Positions 18,718 through 28,663 of a stretch of 64,000 nucleotides of DNA are shown piece by piece. Within the stretch, counting starts at the first letter, position 1, and each line of letters opens with the position of its first letter. Position numbers and translations under genes: made by a program. The DNA lies in IMG/VR virus record IMGVR_UViG_3300043219_000566, positions 1 through 64,000 of that record. One strand, 5' to 3'. The notes below the pieces were generated by a model. It saw nothing but the letters and a program-made list of their open reading frames with translations. It ran no database searches and was not told the DNA's origin.

Positions 18718-18814
18718 TTGTAGCTCCTTCGAGTTAGGACCAAAAACGCAGATAATCTTCTTGATTATCCTCGCGCGGCCCAATACTACCAGACGCTACT
18801 CCATGCGCAGAAAT

Positions 18815-19720
18815 TCAACGCTCCTTGGCGCGCCGCGCCAGCATCAACGTCTTGAACTCGTCGTAGCCCGGACGCGGCGTGAACTCCCCGGGCTCGTCGG
18901 TCTCCTGCAGGAGCCCGTAACCCGTTCCGTAATCGCACAAGCAGTACCAGAACACAGCCGAGATGCGCGGGTGCTCCAGATACTTGATTAGCGAGCCCCG
19001 CAGCGCCTGGTTGATAAACGCCCCCTTCTTACCGTCCTCGGTGATCCACAGCGGCTTGTCGGTCAGCTTCAGCACGTCGCGGACCAGCGTCCAGCCGCGA
19101 TCGTAGGGGTGGACCCCCACCGCATCGTAGCTGTCAGCCACTCCAGGCTGCTGCAACACGCGCCGCAGCCAGCCCACCGGTTCAGTATGCCCCAGCCCGG
19201 CCGTGATCACCGTGGCCTGCGGCTGTACCGCCTTGATCTCGCGGTAGGCCACCCGCAGCAACTCAGCATAACGCTCGGGAGACATGCTCTCGTTGTTGGG
19301 CTCGTTGCCGATCTCCCACAGGTGACAGCTGCTGCCGTAGTCCGTAACCAACGCGCGGCAGTAACGCGCGAAGCTCTCCAACGTAGCGCCCGTCGACGGC
19401 TCGTCGACGTTGATCAACCCCAGCGGCTCCATGTTGAACGCCCGCGTACCAATCAACCAGCGCCCCCGCACGTCGAGCCTGCCGCGGACGAAGTCACGCC
19501 AGCTGAGATCGATCCGCGCAGACTGCGCGCCCATCTCCCGAGCGATACGCAGCTTGGTAGCGCAGACCTCTTCGCCGTACTCCAGCGCGTCGATGTGCGA
19601 GATGACATGGTTAAGACCGACCAGGCCCGGCGGCACCGCCCGACGCACCCACACCAGCGGGCGCGCAGTACAGCCCACCGGCACCAACAGCAACAAAGCA
19701 AATAGTACGCTACGCATCAT
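18815..19720 (-). CDS. secreted or lipoprotein glycoside hydrolase, clan GH-A (GH5/GH39-like)
   Basis: Lipobox-like LLVPVGC; acid/base WEIGNEPN; DAVGVHPY; nucleophile LWITEDG; WYCLCD. Confidence 0.8.
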   Translation of the reverse strand: MMRSVLFALLLLVPVGCTARPLVWVRRAVPPGLVGLNHVISHIDALEYGEEVCATKLRIAREMGAQSARIDLSWRDFVRGRLDVRGRWLIGTRAFNMEPLGLINVDEPSTGATLESFARYCRALVTDYGSSCHLWEIGNEPNNESMSPERYAELLRVAYREIKAVQPQATVITAGLGHTEPVGWLRRVLQQPGVADSYDAVGVHPYDRGWTLVRDVLKLTDKPLWITEDGKKGAFINQALRGSLIKYLEHPRISAVFWYCLCDYGTGYGLLQETDEPGEFTPRPGYDEFKTLMLARRAKER

Positions 19721-20109
19721 AGTACTTCCCTCCATTTTTTGTTCGCCGCCCGCAGCTCCATCACCTCGTAAATGAACAGCGCCACCTCGGACGCGAGAGG
19801 CGTAGTACGCACCACTTCCAGCTTATTCGAGTCATACTTCCGCCGCTCCACGGTCCACACGCCACGTGCAGGCAAATAAGTCACCAAGTGCACGAGCGGC
19901 ACGTAGAGCAGAAGCCAGAGCTGCCGCTTGGTCAACGCGCGACAGCCAAACCGCGTCTGAACCCACTTATGCTCCTTCAGCTCGGAAGACACCACGAGCA
20001 AGTTGGGCAGCCCCACGGTATTCCGTCTGGGCGTCTCGACCGGAAACACCTGCAAGCCGCGGTCACTCAGAACTCGCTCCAACCTCCAGTTCATCTGCTG
20101 TTTGGTCAT
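19717..20109 (-). CDS. VRR-NUC-like PD-(D/E)xK fold protein with degenerate catalytic residues
   Basis: VGLPNLLVV...KWVQTR...LTKRQLW parallels GxPDL...xExK...LxxxQxxW, but with D replaced by N and ExK by QTR. Confidence 0.4.
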   Translation of the reverse strand: MTKQQMNWRLERVLSDRGLQVFPVETPRRNTVGLPNLLVVSSELKEHKWVQTRFGCRALTKRQLWLLLYVPLVHLVTYLPARGVWTVERRKYDSNKLEVVRTTPLASEVALFIYEVMELRAANKKWREVL

Positions 20110-20473
20110 GACGCTGCTCCTTACGCTTACGTCTGCGCAGGTACGTACTGAACTTCGCTGCTCGATGCCCCTGGCCCAGCGCCGGAGCGAAATGCCGCAG
20201 CAGCTCGATCGGCACCTCGTCCAAAGGGAACTCCCGCCGCGAGTCGTCGCCACGCTTGATCACGTACGACGAGCGCGTAAACGGGTAGTGAAACTCGATA
20301 TCGATCGAGATCCGTCCGTGCTCGAACACGTCCAGACAGAGCTTGGTGAGCAGCATGGACAACGTCAGCTCGACCAACAGCCCCCTGCGCTTGGTTTCGT
20401 TCTCGCGCCACTGCTTCGTAACTGCCTCGCCCAGCACGCTGAACTGGCGGACCCGCAAAAATCGGGCATCCAT
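20063..20473 (-). CDS. hypothetical protein
   Basis: 136-aa ORF with GGAGG RBS. Confidence 0.5.
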   Translation of the reverse strand: MDARFLRVRQFSVLGEAVTKQWRENETKRRGLLVELTLSMLLTKLCLDVFEHGRISIDIEFHYPFTRSSYVIKRGDDSRREFPLDEVPIELLRHFAPALGQGHRAAKFSTYLRRRKRKEQRHDQTADELEVGASSE

Positions 20474-21036
20474 ACGACACCTCCACTTACTCTCGAAAGA
20501 AATGAAAGAAAGGCCAGGCAGCGGTTTCCGGCTCGTTCTGAACCCGGTCGGGATTGGGTGAGCTACATAATCCGTCGCGGGCCGAAGCCTGTCATAGCCG
20601 CTCTCTGCGGTCGAGTCTCTACAAGAGAACCCAGCCTCTCTTACAACTCATGCTAGCGCCATTCAACCCTCTCGGCTAACCGCTGCACCCGCGCAACGAA
20701 GCGCTCCAACCAGCCAAGATCGTCGCGCTTCGGTGCTAGAAAGGAGAGATCGAGCGTGCCGCCGATGTGCGGCCCGTCGATCTCCTGCAGCCCCAGCTTG
20801 TCCAGCTTCTGCTTCAGCTGCTTCATGCCCTCGTCCATCTGTTGCTCCCCGGTACCGCCGCCAGCCGCTGGCAAAAAGTAGCCGTGCTCGGACTCGGGGC
20901 ACTGGAGCTGAAGCACAACGCCGACGACGTATACCGATGGTTTCATGATTCGCTCTCCTCGTAATTGCAGCCAGGAGTGGTACATGCCCATTCTGACTGC
21001 TCGGTGTCGTTATTACACGACCTCAGCGCCAGACCC

Positions 21037-21573
21037 TCACAGAGCCGGGCAAGGTCTGCCACTGATGTCGACTTCCGGCCGGTGCTTCGCCAACCAGGCC
21101 CGCGCCTCGTTCGCGTTGACCGCGACCTCGAAGCACAGCTGCTCTCTCTCGACGTAGGTCAATATAGCGCGCACATCGCAGTCGTAGTCAGCCATGAAGT
21201 GCGCTACAACATCGGCCCTGAAGTCGCCGCGGAAGCCGCACGCGACTAGCTGCAACAACTCGGGTTCCGTAGCTGAGTCCAGAAAGTGTGCACAGTCGAA
21301 GGTAGCGCTCATCGCGAAGTCGTCGCTGTACACTTCGGCCTTTACGGTATCGCCTCCGCACCACGAGCGCGTCGCACAGAGCATGAAAGAGCGCAAGTCC
21401 CTCGCTACTTCCTCGACAACCGTGAGCTGGTACTGGTCGAAGGGATAGGGCTCGACATGAAAGGGCGTCGACTCCCGGACCAGCCGCTTGACCGCCTCTT
21501 GAGCCAGCCGAGAGTTCCCCGCCAGCACCCGGCTGACCGGGCGTTGAGTCATCGCCAGCAAGTGTTCGTACAT
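21037..21573 (-). CDS. hypothetical phage protein
   Basis: 178-aa ORF with GGAG RBS. Confidence 0.55.
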   Translation of the reverse strand: MYEHLLAMTQRPVSRVLAGNSRLAQEAVKRLVRESTPFHVEPYPFDQYQLTVVEEVARDLRSFMLCATRSWCGGDTVKAEVYSDDFAMSATFDCAHFLDSATEPELLQLVACGFRGDFRADVVAHFMADYDCDVRAILTYVEREQLCFEVAVNANEARAWLAKHRPEVDISGRPCPAL

Positions 21574-21724
21574 CGGTTTGTTTCTCCATCTTCGCCCGCA
21601 GTTCAGCCAGCAGGCGGTTCGCGCAAAAGATCCGCATCTCGGCTACCAGCGCTTCGGAGAGCCGAGGCTTGGGCAGACCTATCCAGTAGTACATCAGCTC
21701 GTCCCCTTTCAGAAACGTAGCGCG

Positions 21725-22108
21725 CTACGCCTCGACGAGACGGCAGCGCACGAGGTAGCAGTCCGACTCGCTGAGCGAGAACTTGATCGGAATATCGAAG
21801 GTGAAAGAGATCCATACGGCCTCCATCGCGCCAACAAGCGTCCACGCAGGCTCGTCTTCGACTGTCAACGCTGGTATCGCGAAAAACTGCAGCTTGGCTT
21901 TCGACGTCGGCCCCTTGATCGCGAGCTTGCCCGTCGTGTTCAACCACACCACGCCTTCGTTAGTGGAATGTGGCCACCGGCCGGACTGGTCGGCGATACC
22001 GATGCGCCCGGAGTTATTGTCCTTGAAGAAACGGTGTTCGCCCGAGAAGTTCCGCAGCACCTCCCAGTCGTACAGTTTGTGATCGTGCTTGGCCGCCGCC
22101 GCGCTCAC
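21725..22108 (-). CDS. hypothetical protein
   Basis: 127-aa ORF overlapping the stop of the upstream gene. Confidence 0.5.
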   Translation of the reverse strand: MSAAAAKHDHKLYDWEVLRNFSGEHRFFKDNNSGRIGIADQSGRWPHSTNEGVVWLNTTGKLAIKGPTSKAKLQFFAIPALTVEDEPAWTLVGAMEAVWISFTFDIPIKFSLSESDCYLVRCRLVEA

Positions 22109-22737
22109 GAAGTCCCCGCGAGTATCGACAACGCGTCGAGAGGCTGCGCGTCAAGAGGCTGCGCATCGGACACCGGCGACTTGCCGCAAAGTATCGCCAG
22201 CTCCTGGTCAACGTCCGCCTGCACCCTGATTAGCTCCGCCTGGCGTCCGAGATCGAACGCCTGGCAAAGCAGCGTTTCGACCTCAGCAGGTCTTAGCCCT
22301 CCACGGTCGCGAATCGGCTTCATTAGTTCGTTAACAGCACAGATTTTAGAAATCATCAGTCGCTCCTTGTTTCAAGTCCCGTCTACGCTTGGTGAAGTGC
22401 GCAGCGGGATACCAGTCCCCGCAGCGCGTACAAAGCCACCAGCCGTTTGCCTGCAATACCAAGCGGCGCGAACACTCTGGGCAGCGGGGCTTCGTCGCCA
22501 GTTTCGGCGGCTTGGGTTTGCGCGACTTCATGTCGTGCCCGCCGAGCTTCGTACCCGCCTCCGCAGAAAGCGCACTCCGGTTTGTTTGATCCACCGCCGG
22601 ATCGTAGCTGGAGAGCGCGCAGCCGACTCGGCGATTTGTCGTGTAGACTGCCCGCTATCCCAGCATTGACGAGCTGCGATCATTTCGCAGATGTGTACGA
22701 ATGTGAACATCTCCACCTCCTCGCAACTTCCCCCGGC

Positions 22738-22998
22738 TCATTGGCCCTCAAGATACTCGTACAACTCGCCGAAGCTCGGCTCGTCTTCCGGAAACGATTC
22801 CTTGCCCGTCATGCTCTTGCGGATGCACATGCAGTAGATGCAGGTCTTGAAGCGCGACGGGCGACCGTCCCAGATCCCGCTGATCCGCTCGTACAGCCAG
22901 CCCTTCTGGATGATATTGCCGCATTCGCAGCAGCGGTGTTCTTTGCGCGCCCGCACCATTTTGCGCACGAATGCCTCGGGCATGGCCAGATCGCTCAC
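22738..22998 (-). CDS. small phage zinc-finger protein
   Basis: ARKEHRCCECG...GIWDG...FKTCIYC. Confidence 0.6.
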   Translation of the reverse strand: MSDLAMPEAFVRKMVRARKEHRCCECGNIIQKGWLYERISGIWDGRPSRFKTCIYCMCIRKSMTGKESFPEDEPSFGELYEYLEGQ

Positions 22999-23612
22999 GC
23001 CGTACGCTCCGCCCTGCGCTGGTTATCAAGTGGCACGAAGACCTCGTGTCCTAAGCGCCTGAGCGCACTGTAGATCGAGCTAGCGTGGCCAATGAACTGC
23101 TCGTACGGCAGGTTAGCCAGCCAGAACAGCTGCTTGACCGTCGTCGGCTCGGACTGCACCAGCAAAGCCTGTACCACATGGACAGCTTCGCTCTCGCCCG
23201 CCTCAATCAGCGTCGCGAAGATGTCGCAAACCTCGCCCTCGGGCTTAGGCAACAGCCGCGACTGCTGCGCGCGCCAGATATTGCCGCCCTCGTCGTAGAT
23301 CTCGGCATCCGGGTGGTCGCCGTCGATCTGGTAGATGTACGGCTCCTTACACTCAAAGCCCCAACGCACCGGATCGATGATCTGATGGTCGGGCGTGACG
23401 ATCCAGCCGTGCTGAACGAAACCGAGATGGCGGTACTTCACCCAGCGACTAGCCGGATGTAGCTTGCCACGATAGTGACCGTAAACAGCAACTCCGTCGA
23501 AGACTTTGATGCGCACCAGCGCGCTAGCTATCTCGTAACAATGTCCATTCCAGTCCGGCGGCTCGACGTCGAGCAGCTCGCCGAGCGCTTCGATATCGCA
23601 TTCTAGTCGCAT
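22995..23612 (-). CDS. putative papain/transglutaminase-like fold protein
   Basis: GHCYEIA (Cys), QHGWI (His), IIDP (Asp), in the order expected for a catalytic triad. Confidence 0.45.
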   Translation of the reverse strand: MRLECDIEALGELLDVEPPDWNGHCYEIASALVRIKVFDGVAVYGHYRGKLHPASRWVKYRHLGFVQHGWIVTPDHQIIDPVRWGFECKEPYIYQIDGDHPDAEIYDEGGNIWRAQQSRLLPKPEGEVCDIFATLIEAGESEAVHVVQALLVQSEPTTVKQLFWLANLPYEQFIGHASSIYSALRRLGHEVFVPLDNQRRAERTA

Positions 23613-23803
23613 GGCTTAATATCCTTGGGTGCCCGCGGCACAGCCGCGGGGTAACCATCGATCCGCACCCAAAGCGGAAAGTTAGAGTTGCTCGGGTTCT
23701 TCGACAACCTAGCAATCTTACCGGGCTTCCAGCTCAGTAAATCAGCGGACTTGACCAATACACGCTGGCCGACGTTGTAAGTAGGCAAATCAGTAGCTGA
23801 CAT
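23603..23803 (-). CDS. small SH3-barrel-like protein
   Basis: YNVGQRVLVKS...WKPGKIA...WVRIDG. Confidence 0.6.
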   Translation of the reverse strand: MSATDLPTYNVGQRVLVKSADLLSWKPGKIARLSKNPSNSNFPLWVRIDGYPAAVPRAPKDIKPCD

Positions 23804-24123
23804 CAGGACTCCTTCGGCAGCATGGCTGCCTGCCGACTCATCTCAGCTTGCTGCAGCACCGGGTCATACTCGTGATACTGCATCCAGGCGCTCAACACGC
23901 GCAAAACGTCCCCGGTAGCGATCTTGCAGACACTCGGCGGCGCGCGATCAACCGCCGAATTCACGTTTGCCAACGGCCGCTCAACCCCCGTAGTTACAAC
24001 ATACACGTTGCCGTCAGACGAGATGATGTCGATAACTTGGGCGCACGACACGCGGTGCGTATCGCCGTTAGCCGTATCGAATTGCAGTAACATCGTAGTT
24101 CCTCCTGTTGGACTTGCTCCGTC

Positions 24124-24576
24124 TCAATTATGCGCCTGTATTTCCCGCCAGGCGCGAATGAGCAACGTAGTAGTCGTGGGAATCAGCCGGTCGCAACGCA
24201 CGAAGAACCGATCGCGCAATACTGCGTTAAGCCCCGAAGTCATCACGTAGCCGCAGTGCCCGAATTCCTGCGTGAACCGGCCAGACACCTCGTAGTAGAT
24301 CACGGAATGCTGAACGCGTGGCGTCGGGCCGGTGTACCCGACCTCGACGAAGTAACCGTGCAGGGGCACAGACAGAGAACGGTGCGTGGGCGGACCGATG
24401 ATCTCAACCGGGCCGTACGCGTGCTTGAACACCGCCCGCTCGCCGAGCTGGAACCGAACGGCCGAGGGCACCCCACCTGGGGGCACCAAGAAACCGTCCA
24501 GCCCATTTATATGATTGCTGACGATCAGCTCCGGAGCGCGGTTGCTGTCGCTAACGCATGCTGCCTGACGGGTCAC
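24124..24576 (-). CDS. protein with SH3-barrel-like segment
   Basis: FQLGERAVFKHAYGPVEIIG...YFVEV. Confidence 0.45.
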   Translation of the reverse strand: MTRQAACVSDSNRAPELIVSNHINGLDGFLVPPGGVPSAVRFQLGERAVFKHAYGPVEIIGPPTHRSLSVPLHGYFVEVGYTGPTPRVQHSVIYYEVSGRFTQEFGHCGYVMTSGLNAVLRDRFFVRCDRLIPTTTTLLIRAWREIQAHN

Positions 24577-25101
24577 GAAGTATCCTCAGCAGAATTGTCA
24601 GCATCCCACGCCCCGCCAGACTCAGTAAGCCGAGAGAGTCTCCGCGCGCGAGAGCGCATCGCCTTCGTCGCCGCAACGTTGGGAGAACATCCCTCCGAGA
24701 TCAAGAACGCCGCCTCGGCGATCATGGCCGCCACCGTGGCAACGACGTACCCGCGGAGACACACCCGCGGAACGCCGCCGCTGGCGCTGATATAGCCGAC
24801 GTCGCCGCCGATCTCATCCGGACCGTACGATTCCTCTTTGTTCAAGTGCACCGTCAAAGTGCTCGCGTTGTCCCTAATAAGCCGCATGTCGTGCTCCTTT
24901 TTGAAATGAAAGAGATGTGGACCTGCTCACACAGGGCTTGTTCTTGGCATGAGCGCGATCTCGCCCCAGAACTGCGCCGCCGTGATTCGAGCGGAGTTGG
25001 CAGCCAGCGTAGCAACCAGCTCGCCCATCGTGTCGCGCTGATGTTTCAGCAACCCCAGCGTGTCGCTGTCCATCCGAACCAGCTGGTAAACGGCATCGTC
25101 A

Positions 25102-25332
25102 CTAGAACGTGCCATGTCGCAGCCAACGGATACCCCGGCGGCGTTCGTCTTCTTGCGCATCGCAACGCTCCGTAACCCTGTCCCAGAATTCCTTAGCCGT
25201 AATCGGCCCCTTGGCCATAATCAGCCCCCCAACAAAATCAGCCTTGTTGATCGCGGCCACGTTGCCGACGCACATGCCGATCTCCTCGTAGGCCAAGAAC
25301 CCACAATGGGTTTGTTCAGCGTGTTCGCTCAT
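25102..25332 (-). CDS. hypothetical protein with GPITAxEFWD motif
   Basis: KGPITAKEFWDRV; paralogue of the adjacent gene. Confidence 0.5.
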   Translation of the reverse strand: MSEHAEQTHCGFLAYEEIGMCVGNVAAINKADFVGGLIMAKGPITAKEFWDRVTERCDAQEDERRRGIRWLRHGTF

Positions 25333-25570
25333 CGATTCGCTTACACAGCTGGTCCCAGAACTCCCCGGCCGTAATCGGTCCGTAGAGCGCCGCATCATCC
25401 AAGATCGACCCGATGTCCACGTTGTACGTGTGCAGTGCCTTCACGTTCCGCATGAACTTGGGGGTCACGATCTTGCCGAACATGACTCTTGTCAGTGGTG
25501 CGCGAACGTACTCAAGGTGGTCAGCCATCGGCATCTCGTAGCGCGCTACGAATCTCGGCGTCCTCTTCAA
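25316..25570 (-). CDS. hypothetical protein with GPITAxEFWD motif
   Basis: YGPITAGEFWDQL. Confidence 0.5.
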   Translation of the reverse strand: MKRTPRFVARYEMPMADHLEYVRAPLTRVMFGKIVTPKFMRNVKALHTYNVDIGSILDDAALYGPITAGEFWDQLCKRIDERTR

Positions 25571-25749
25571 CCGCGCACGTCGGGCAAAGCCCCAGGTAGT
25601 TGGCGTGCGGCAGATCCGGAGTGTACTCGATGCCCTGCCACCCGGTGCTCAGCGCCTCGAAGATCGTCTCCACGTCCATCCCGGCGTCGCACATGGCGCA
25701 CGCCAGCGAGAAGGGTACGCCGAACTTGAACAGCACCCGCGGCGGCGGG

Positions 25750-26082
25750 TCATCCGCTGCTCGCGCTACCGCTTGCCGAGCTAGTTCGAGTATGTCCATG
25801 TCCATGTAGACCTCGTCTCTTCATCCACCGCGCCCGGTGCCGGGGCGATAAGCTATGTGCGTAGGGTGCAAGCGAAAGGCACCTCTCGCGGACCAGCCGT
25901 GCTGGGTCCTTCGGGTACAATACCGAAACAACCCACCACCTGCGTTCCTGCCCATACGGGTTCAGTCGAATCAGCTTCACGCGGTAAACCGAGCGGCTAG
26001 CACGAGTTAGCGAATCGTTGAGATAAGCGGTGTCGCCTGCCTTGAAGGTGTATTCGCCAGCGGGCACGTGGTGCTCCCTCAA
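25750..26082 (-). CDS. SH3-barrel-like protein
   Basis: YTFKAGDTAYL...VYRVKLI...WWVVSV. Confidence 0.5.
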   Translation of the reverse strand: MREHHVPAGEYTFKAGDTAYLNDSLTRASRSVYRVKLIRLNPYGQERRWWVVSVLYPKDPARLVRERCLSLAPYAHSLSPRHRARWMKRRGLHGHGHTRTSSASGSASSG

Positions 26083-26300
26083 TCGCCGTTTCTGGCCCAG
26101 AAACGCGGGCTTTCATCCGGTACATCGTACCTCGCTACAAGCCTGCAGCGCTAGCCTGCGGGTCTATCGGCGGCTTTTTCTTAGCACTTGGCGATTTTCC
26201 CCGACCGGAAAATAAATCCCGGATTCAGGCCAGAAATGGGGGTGCGCGGATGCCTAGTAACAGGGTTCAGTTACTTCGGGCGGATTCCAGCCAGTCTCCA

Positions 26301-26945
26301 TTACGAGCTTGAGCTGCGAGTCCCCCCGTCCCGCGTACCGAGCCAGCGTTTCTCAGCGCCAGCAAACTGTAGATCAGACATCGCCATGGGGCTCCAACGG
26401 TACGTGGCTGCAATCTCGGCCGCGGCGCTGACGACCAGCCTGATGTACTCAATGCTCTCGCTGTACTTCTTGCTCGTCACTACCAAGGCCCGCAGATGGA
26501 CAGATCTGGCCTGCAAGATGCGCAAAGCAGCCGAAGTCACGAACACGGACTGGCCGCTGTCCAGAGACAGCTCACAGACGCGGTAGAGCGGTTTCCCGGG
26601 GCTGTACGGCTTCACGTAGACGTCTGAGCCCACCGAAGGCAGCAAATCGCCGTCAGCACGCCTTAGCCGCTTCCTACGGCCCTTCAGGCCGGTCGGTCCA
26701 GCCTTCAGGAACCGCTCGGAGAACCAGTCGCCCCTGAGCTTGGCTTCGCCCCAGTGATCCACCGGCCGCACCTGGTGATTGACGTGATACCAGACGTACG
26801 GGGGAGTGAGAATGGCTCTGACCACCATGACAACCCCGATGGTCTCCACGCTGGTGCCGAACGAGTCCTTGCAGGCCCGATGCGGCTTGATCATGACCTC
26901 GTCGCCGGGGAAGAACCGGTGCCGGGGATTGGTGATGTCAGGCAT
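26301..26945 (-). CDS. protein with two SH3-barrel-like segments
   Basis: RFFPGDEVMIK...GVVMVV...WYHV, and PSVGSDVYVKP; GAGGAGG RBS. Confidence 0.55.
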   Translation of the reverse strand: MPDITNPRHRFFPGDEVMIKPHRACKDSFGTSVETIGVVMVVRAILTPPYVWYHVNHQVRPVDHWGEAKLRGDWFSERFLKAGPTGLKGRRKRLRRADGDLLPSVGSDVYVKPYSPGKPLYRVCELSLDSGQSVFVTSAALRILQARSVHLRALVVTSKKYSESIEYIRLVVSAAAEIAATYRWSPMAMSDLQFAGAEKRWLGTRDGGTRSSSS

Positions 26946-27200
26946 GATTCCTCCTCGTTCTGTCCGTTATGCCAGTTGTGCCAGCACCCCTGTGACAACG
27001 GGGGGGTATTTCGCAAGACAAAACAGGCGGTTTTTCACGTAAGTCCTTTACCGACAACGACATAGATGTCTGACAGCGCCGGTTCGCCAATTCAGTCGCC
27101 ATTTCCAGCCTATGAAAGGGGGGTCATCGTAACGCGCTACAGCGCACCCGCTCTGGCGGGCTTAAAACGAAGAAAGTACTGCCGCGCGCGAGCAAGGACA

Positions 27201-27503
27201 CTACGGCGCAGACCGGGACAAGTTGTAACGTGCCTGACGGCGACTCTGCGCCGCCGCCTCAAACGCGTCCACGATCTCCTGGCTTACGGTCTTCTGCATC
27301 TCGTCCTCGCGGAACCAGAAACGAAGGCTGCCGTCCACTTGCACGCAGTAACGCCTGCCGCGATCTCTGGTCAAACAGCTGAACACGTAGCCGAAGCACT
27401 CCACGATCGTAGGAGCAGCATTCCAGTCGCCCGAGAGACAACCACGCCGACAGCAACGAACGCGATCACCTATCTTGAACTTGCGCTGCTCGCCGAGCAT
27501 CAT
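27201..27503 (-). CDS. SH3-chain paralogue (last in the chain)
   Basis: KFKIGDRVRC...RYCVQVDG...FREDEMQKTVSQEIVDAF. Confidence 0.7.
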   Translation of the reverse strand: MMLGEQRKFKIGDRVRCCRRGCLSGDWNAAPTIVECFGYVFSCLTRDRGRRYCVQVDGSLRFWFREDEMQKTVSQEIVDAFEAAAQSRRQARYNLSRSAP

Positions 27504-27786
27504 CGTCTCCTTTCGGACAACCAGCGTTGAACCAGTCGCACAGCACCTTGGAGGCGCTGTAGGAGCGCAAGCGCGACTTGTGCATAGGCACCCAGCACCG
27601 CCTGACGAACGCGCTGCTGCAATTCACGATAGAGACCAGAGCTTTCTTCTGATCGAGCCACTCGATCTTGCAGGTCAGCCACACGTCGGAAGTCTGGTTG
27701 GAGCGGCACTGTACAATGTCGCCAGTGCGCATCAGCAACTCCCGCTCATCCGACCGCGGCAACGTCAGCTGCTGTATCGGCATCAT
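27466..27786 (-). CDS. divergent SH3-chain member
   Basis: MRTGDIVQC...CKIEW; GAGGAGG RBS. Confidence 0.55.
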   Translation of the reverse strand: MMPIQQLTLPRSDERELLMRTGDIVQCRSNQTSDVWLTCKIEWLDQKKALVSIVNCSSAFVRRCWVPMHKSRLRSYSASKVLCDWFNAGCPKGDDDARRAAQVQDR

Positions 27787-27788
27787 CG

Positions 27789-28214
27789 TCACCTCCTCGC
27801 AAGCAGCGGCGCACCACGCTTGCATCGCTTCTCCTTCCAGAACCGTACCAGCAACGTGGACGTAGTGGGTTTCAACGCATTGGGCCACACGAACTTCCGC
27901 GGCTGGGTAGCAGCTTCAGGGTGCATCGCCACGATTTTGGTGGAGAAGTACTCCATCTGCGGAACAACGTCGTCAGAAATCCCGGACACCTCGTAGTAAG
28001 CCGACGTCTGTCCGTGCAGCTTGAACGGGCCATCAATGATCGTCACCAGCACGTTCGCCGGAAGGAACAACGCGCGCTCGCCGCGAGTGAACCGATCTTT
28101 CTTCGGCAACGTCTGCAGATCGAGCCGCTCGTTTCTCGCAGGCCCGGTCTCGGACTCGATCAGAACTGGTTGCAGAAATATGATCGGCATGCGTCTGGTT
28201 TGCCCTCCAGGCAT
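27789..28214 (-). CDS. divergent SH3-chain member
   Basis: RFTRGERALF...VTIIDG...YYEV; starts at the junction motif ATG. Confidence 0.55.
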   Translation of the reverse strand: MPGGQTRRMPIIFLQPVLIESETGPARNERLDLQTLPKKDRFTRGERALFLPANVLVTIIDGPFKLHGQTSAYYEVSGISDDVVPQMEYFSTKIVAMHPEAATQPRKFVWPNALKPTTSTLLVRFWKEKRCKRGAPLLARR

Positions 28215-28425
28215 CAGCTATCTCCTGTGTAGTAGTTTTCTCCATTTCGTTCTCGGTGAACCACACTCGTTGAGAGCCGCCGTCTATCTGCACGACATAC
28301 CGGTGGTCGGTGAGGGTGCGAGTCGAGATATCAACCACGTGGCCGTAGTAGCGCTCGGGCAAGCATAGGCACGGGTAGCACAAAACGCGATCACCCACCT
28401 TGAACTTGGGCTGCACGCCAAGCAT
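28033..28425 (-). CDS. SH3-chain paralogue
   Basis: PKFKVGDRVLC...RYVVQIDG...FTENEMEKTTTQEIADAW. Confidence 0.7.
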   Translation of the reverse strand: MLGVQPKFKVGDRVLCYPCLCLPERYYGHVVDISTRTLTDHRYVVQIDGGSQRVWFTENEMEKTTTQEIADAWRANQTHADHISATSSDRVRDRACEKRAARSADVAEERSVHSRRARVVPSGERAGDDH

Positions 28426-28663
28426 CGACGACCTCCTGTCCAGCGGTCTTCTGCAACTCTTCTTCTCCGAACCTGTAACGACCGCCGCCGTCCAGCTGCA
28501 CGAAGTAGCGAGAAGCACCCCAGTTCCGGCGTAAGCTGACTACGTAACCGTAGCGATGCGGAACAGCAGCAAAAGCAAGGTTCCCGTGCTCCCGGCTCAT
28601 GAGAAAATACGTGCAGCACATAACCCGGTCACCCACCTTGAACTTGGGCAGCTCTCCAGGCAT
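28391..28663 (-). CDS. SH3-chain paralogue
   Basis: MPGELPKFKVGDRVMC...RYFVQLDG...EELQKTAGQEVVDAW. Confidence 0.75.
   Translation of the reverse strand: MPGELPKFKVGDRVMCCTYFLMSREHGNLAFAAVPHRYGYVVSLRRNWGASRYFVQLDGGGRYRFGEEELQKTAGQEVVDAWRAAQVQGG

Noticed and set aside
22133-22167. 15-bp tandem duplication (DAQPL DAQPL)
   Set aside because: Only about 2.3 copies within a small CDS; ordinary slippage.
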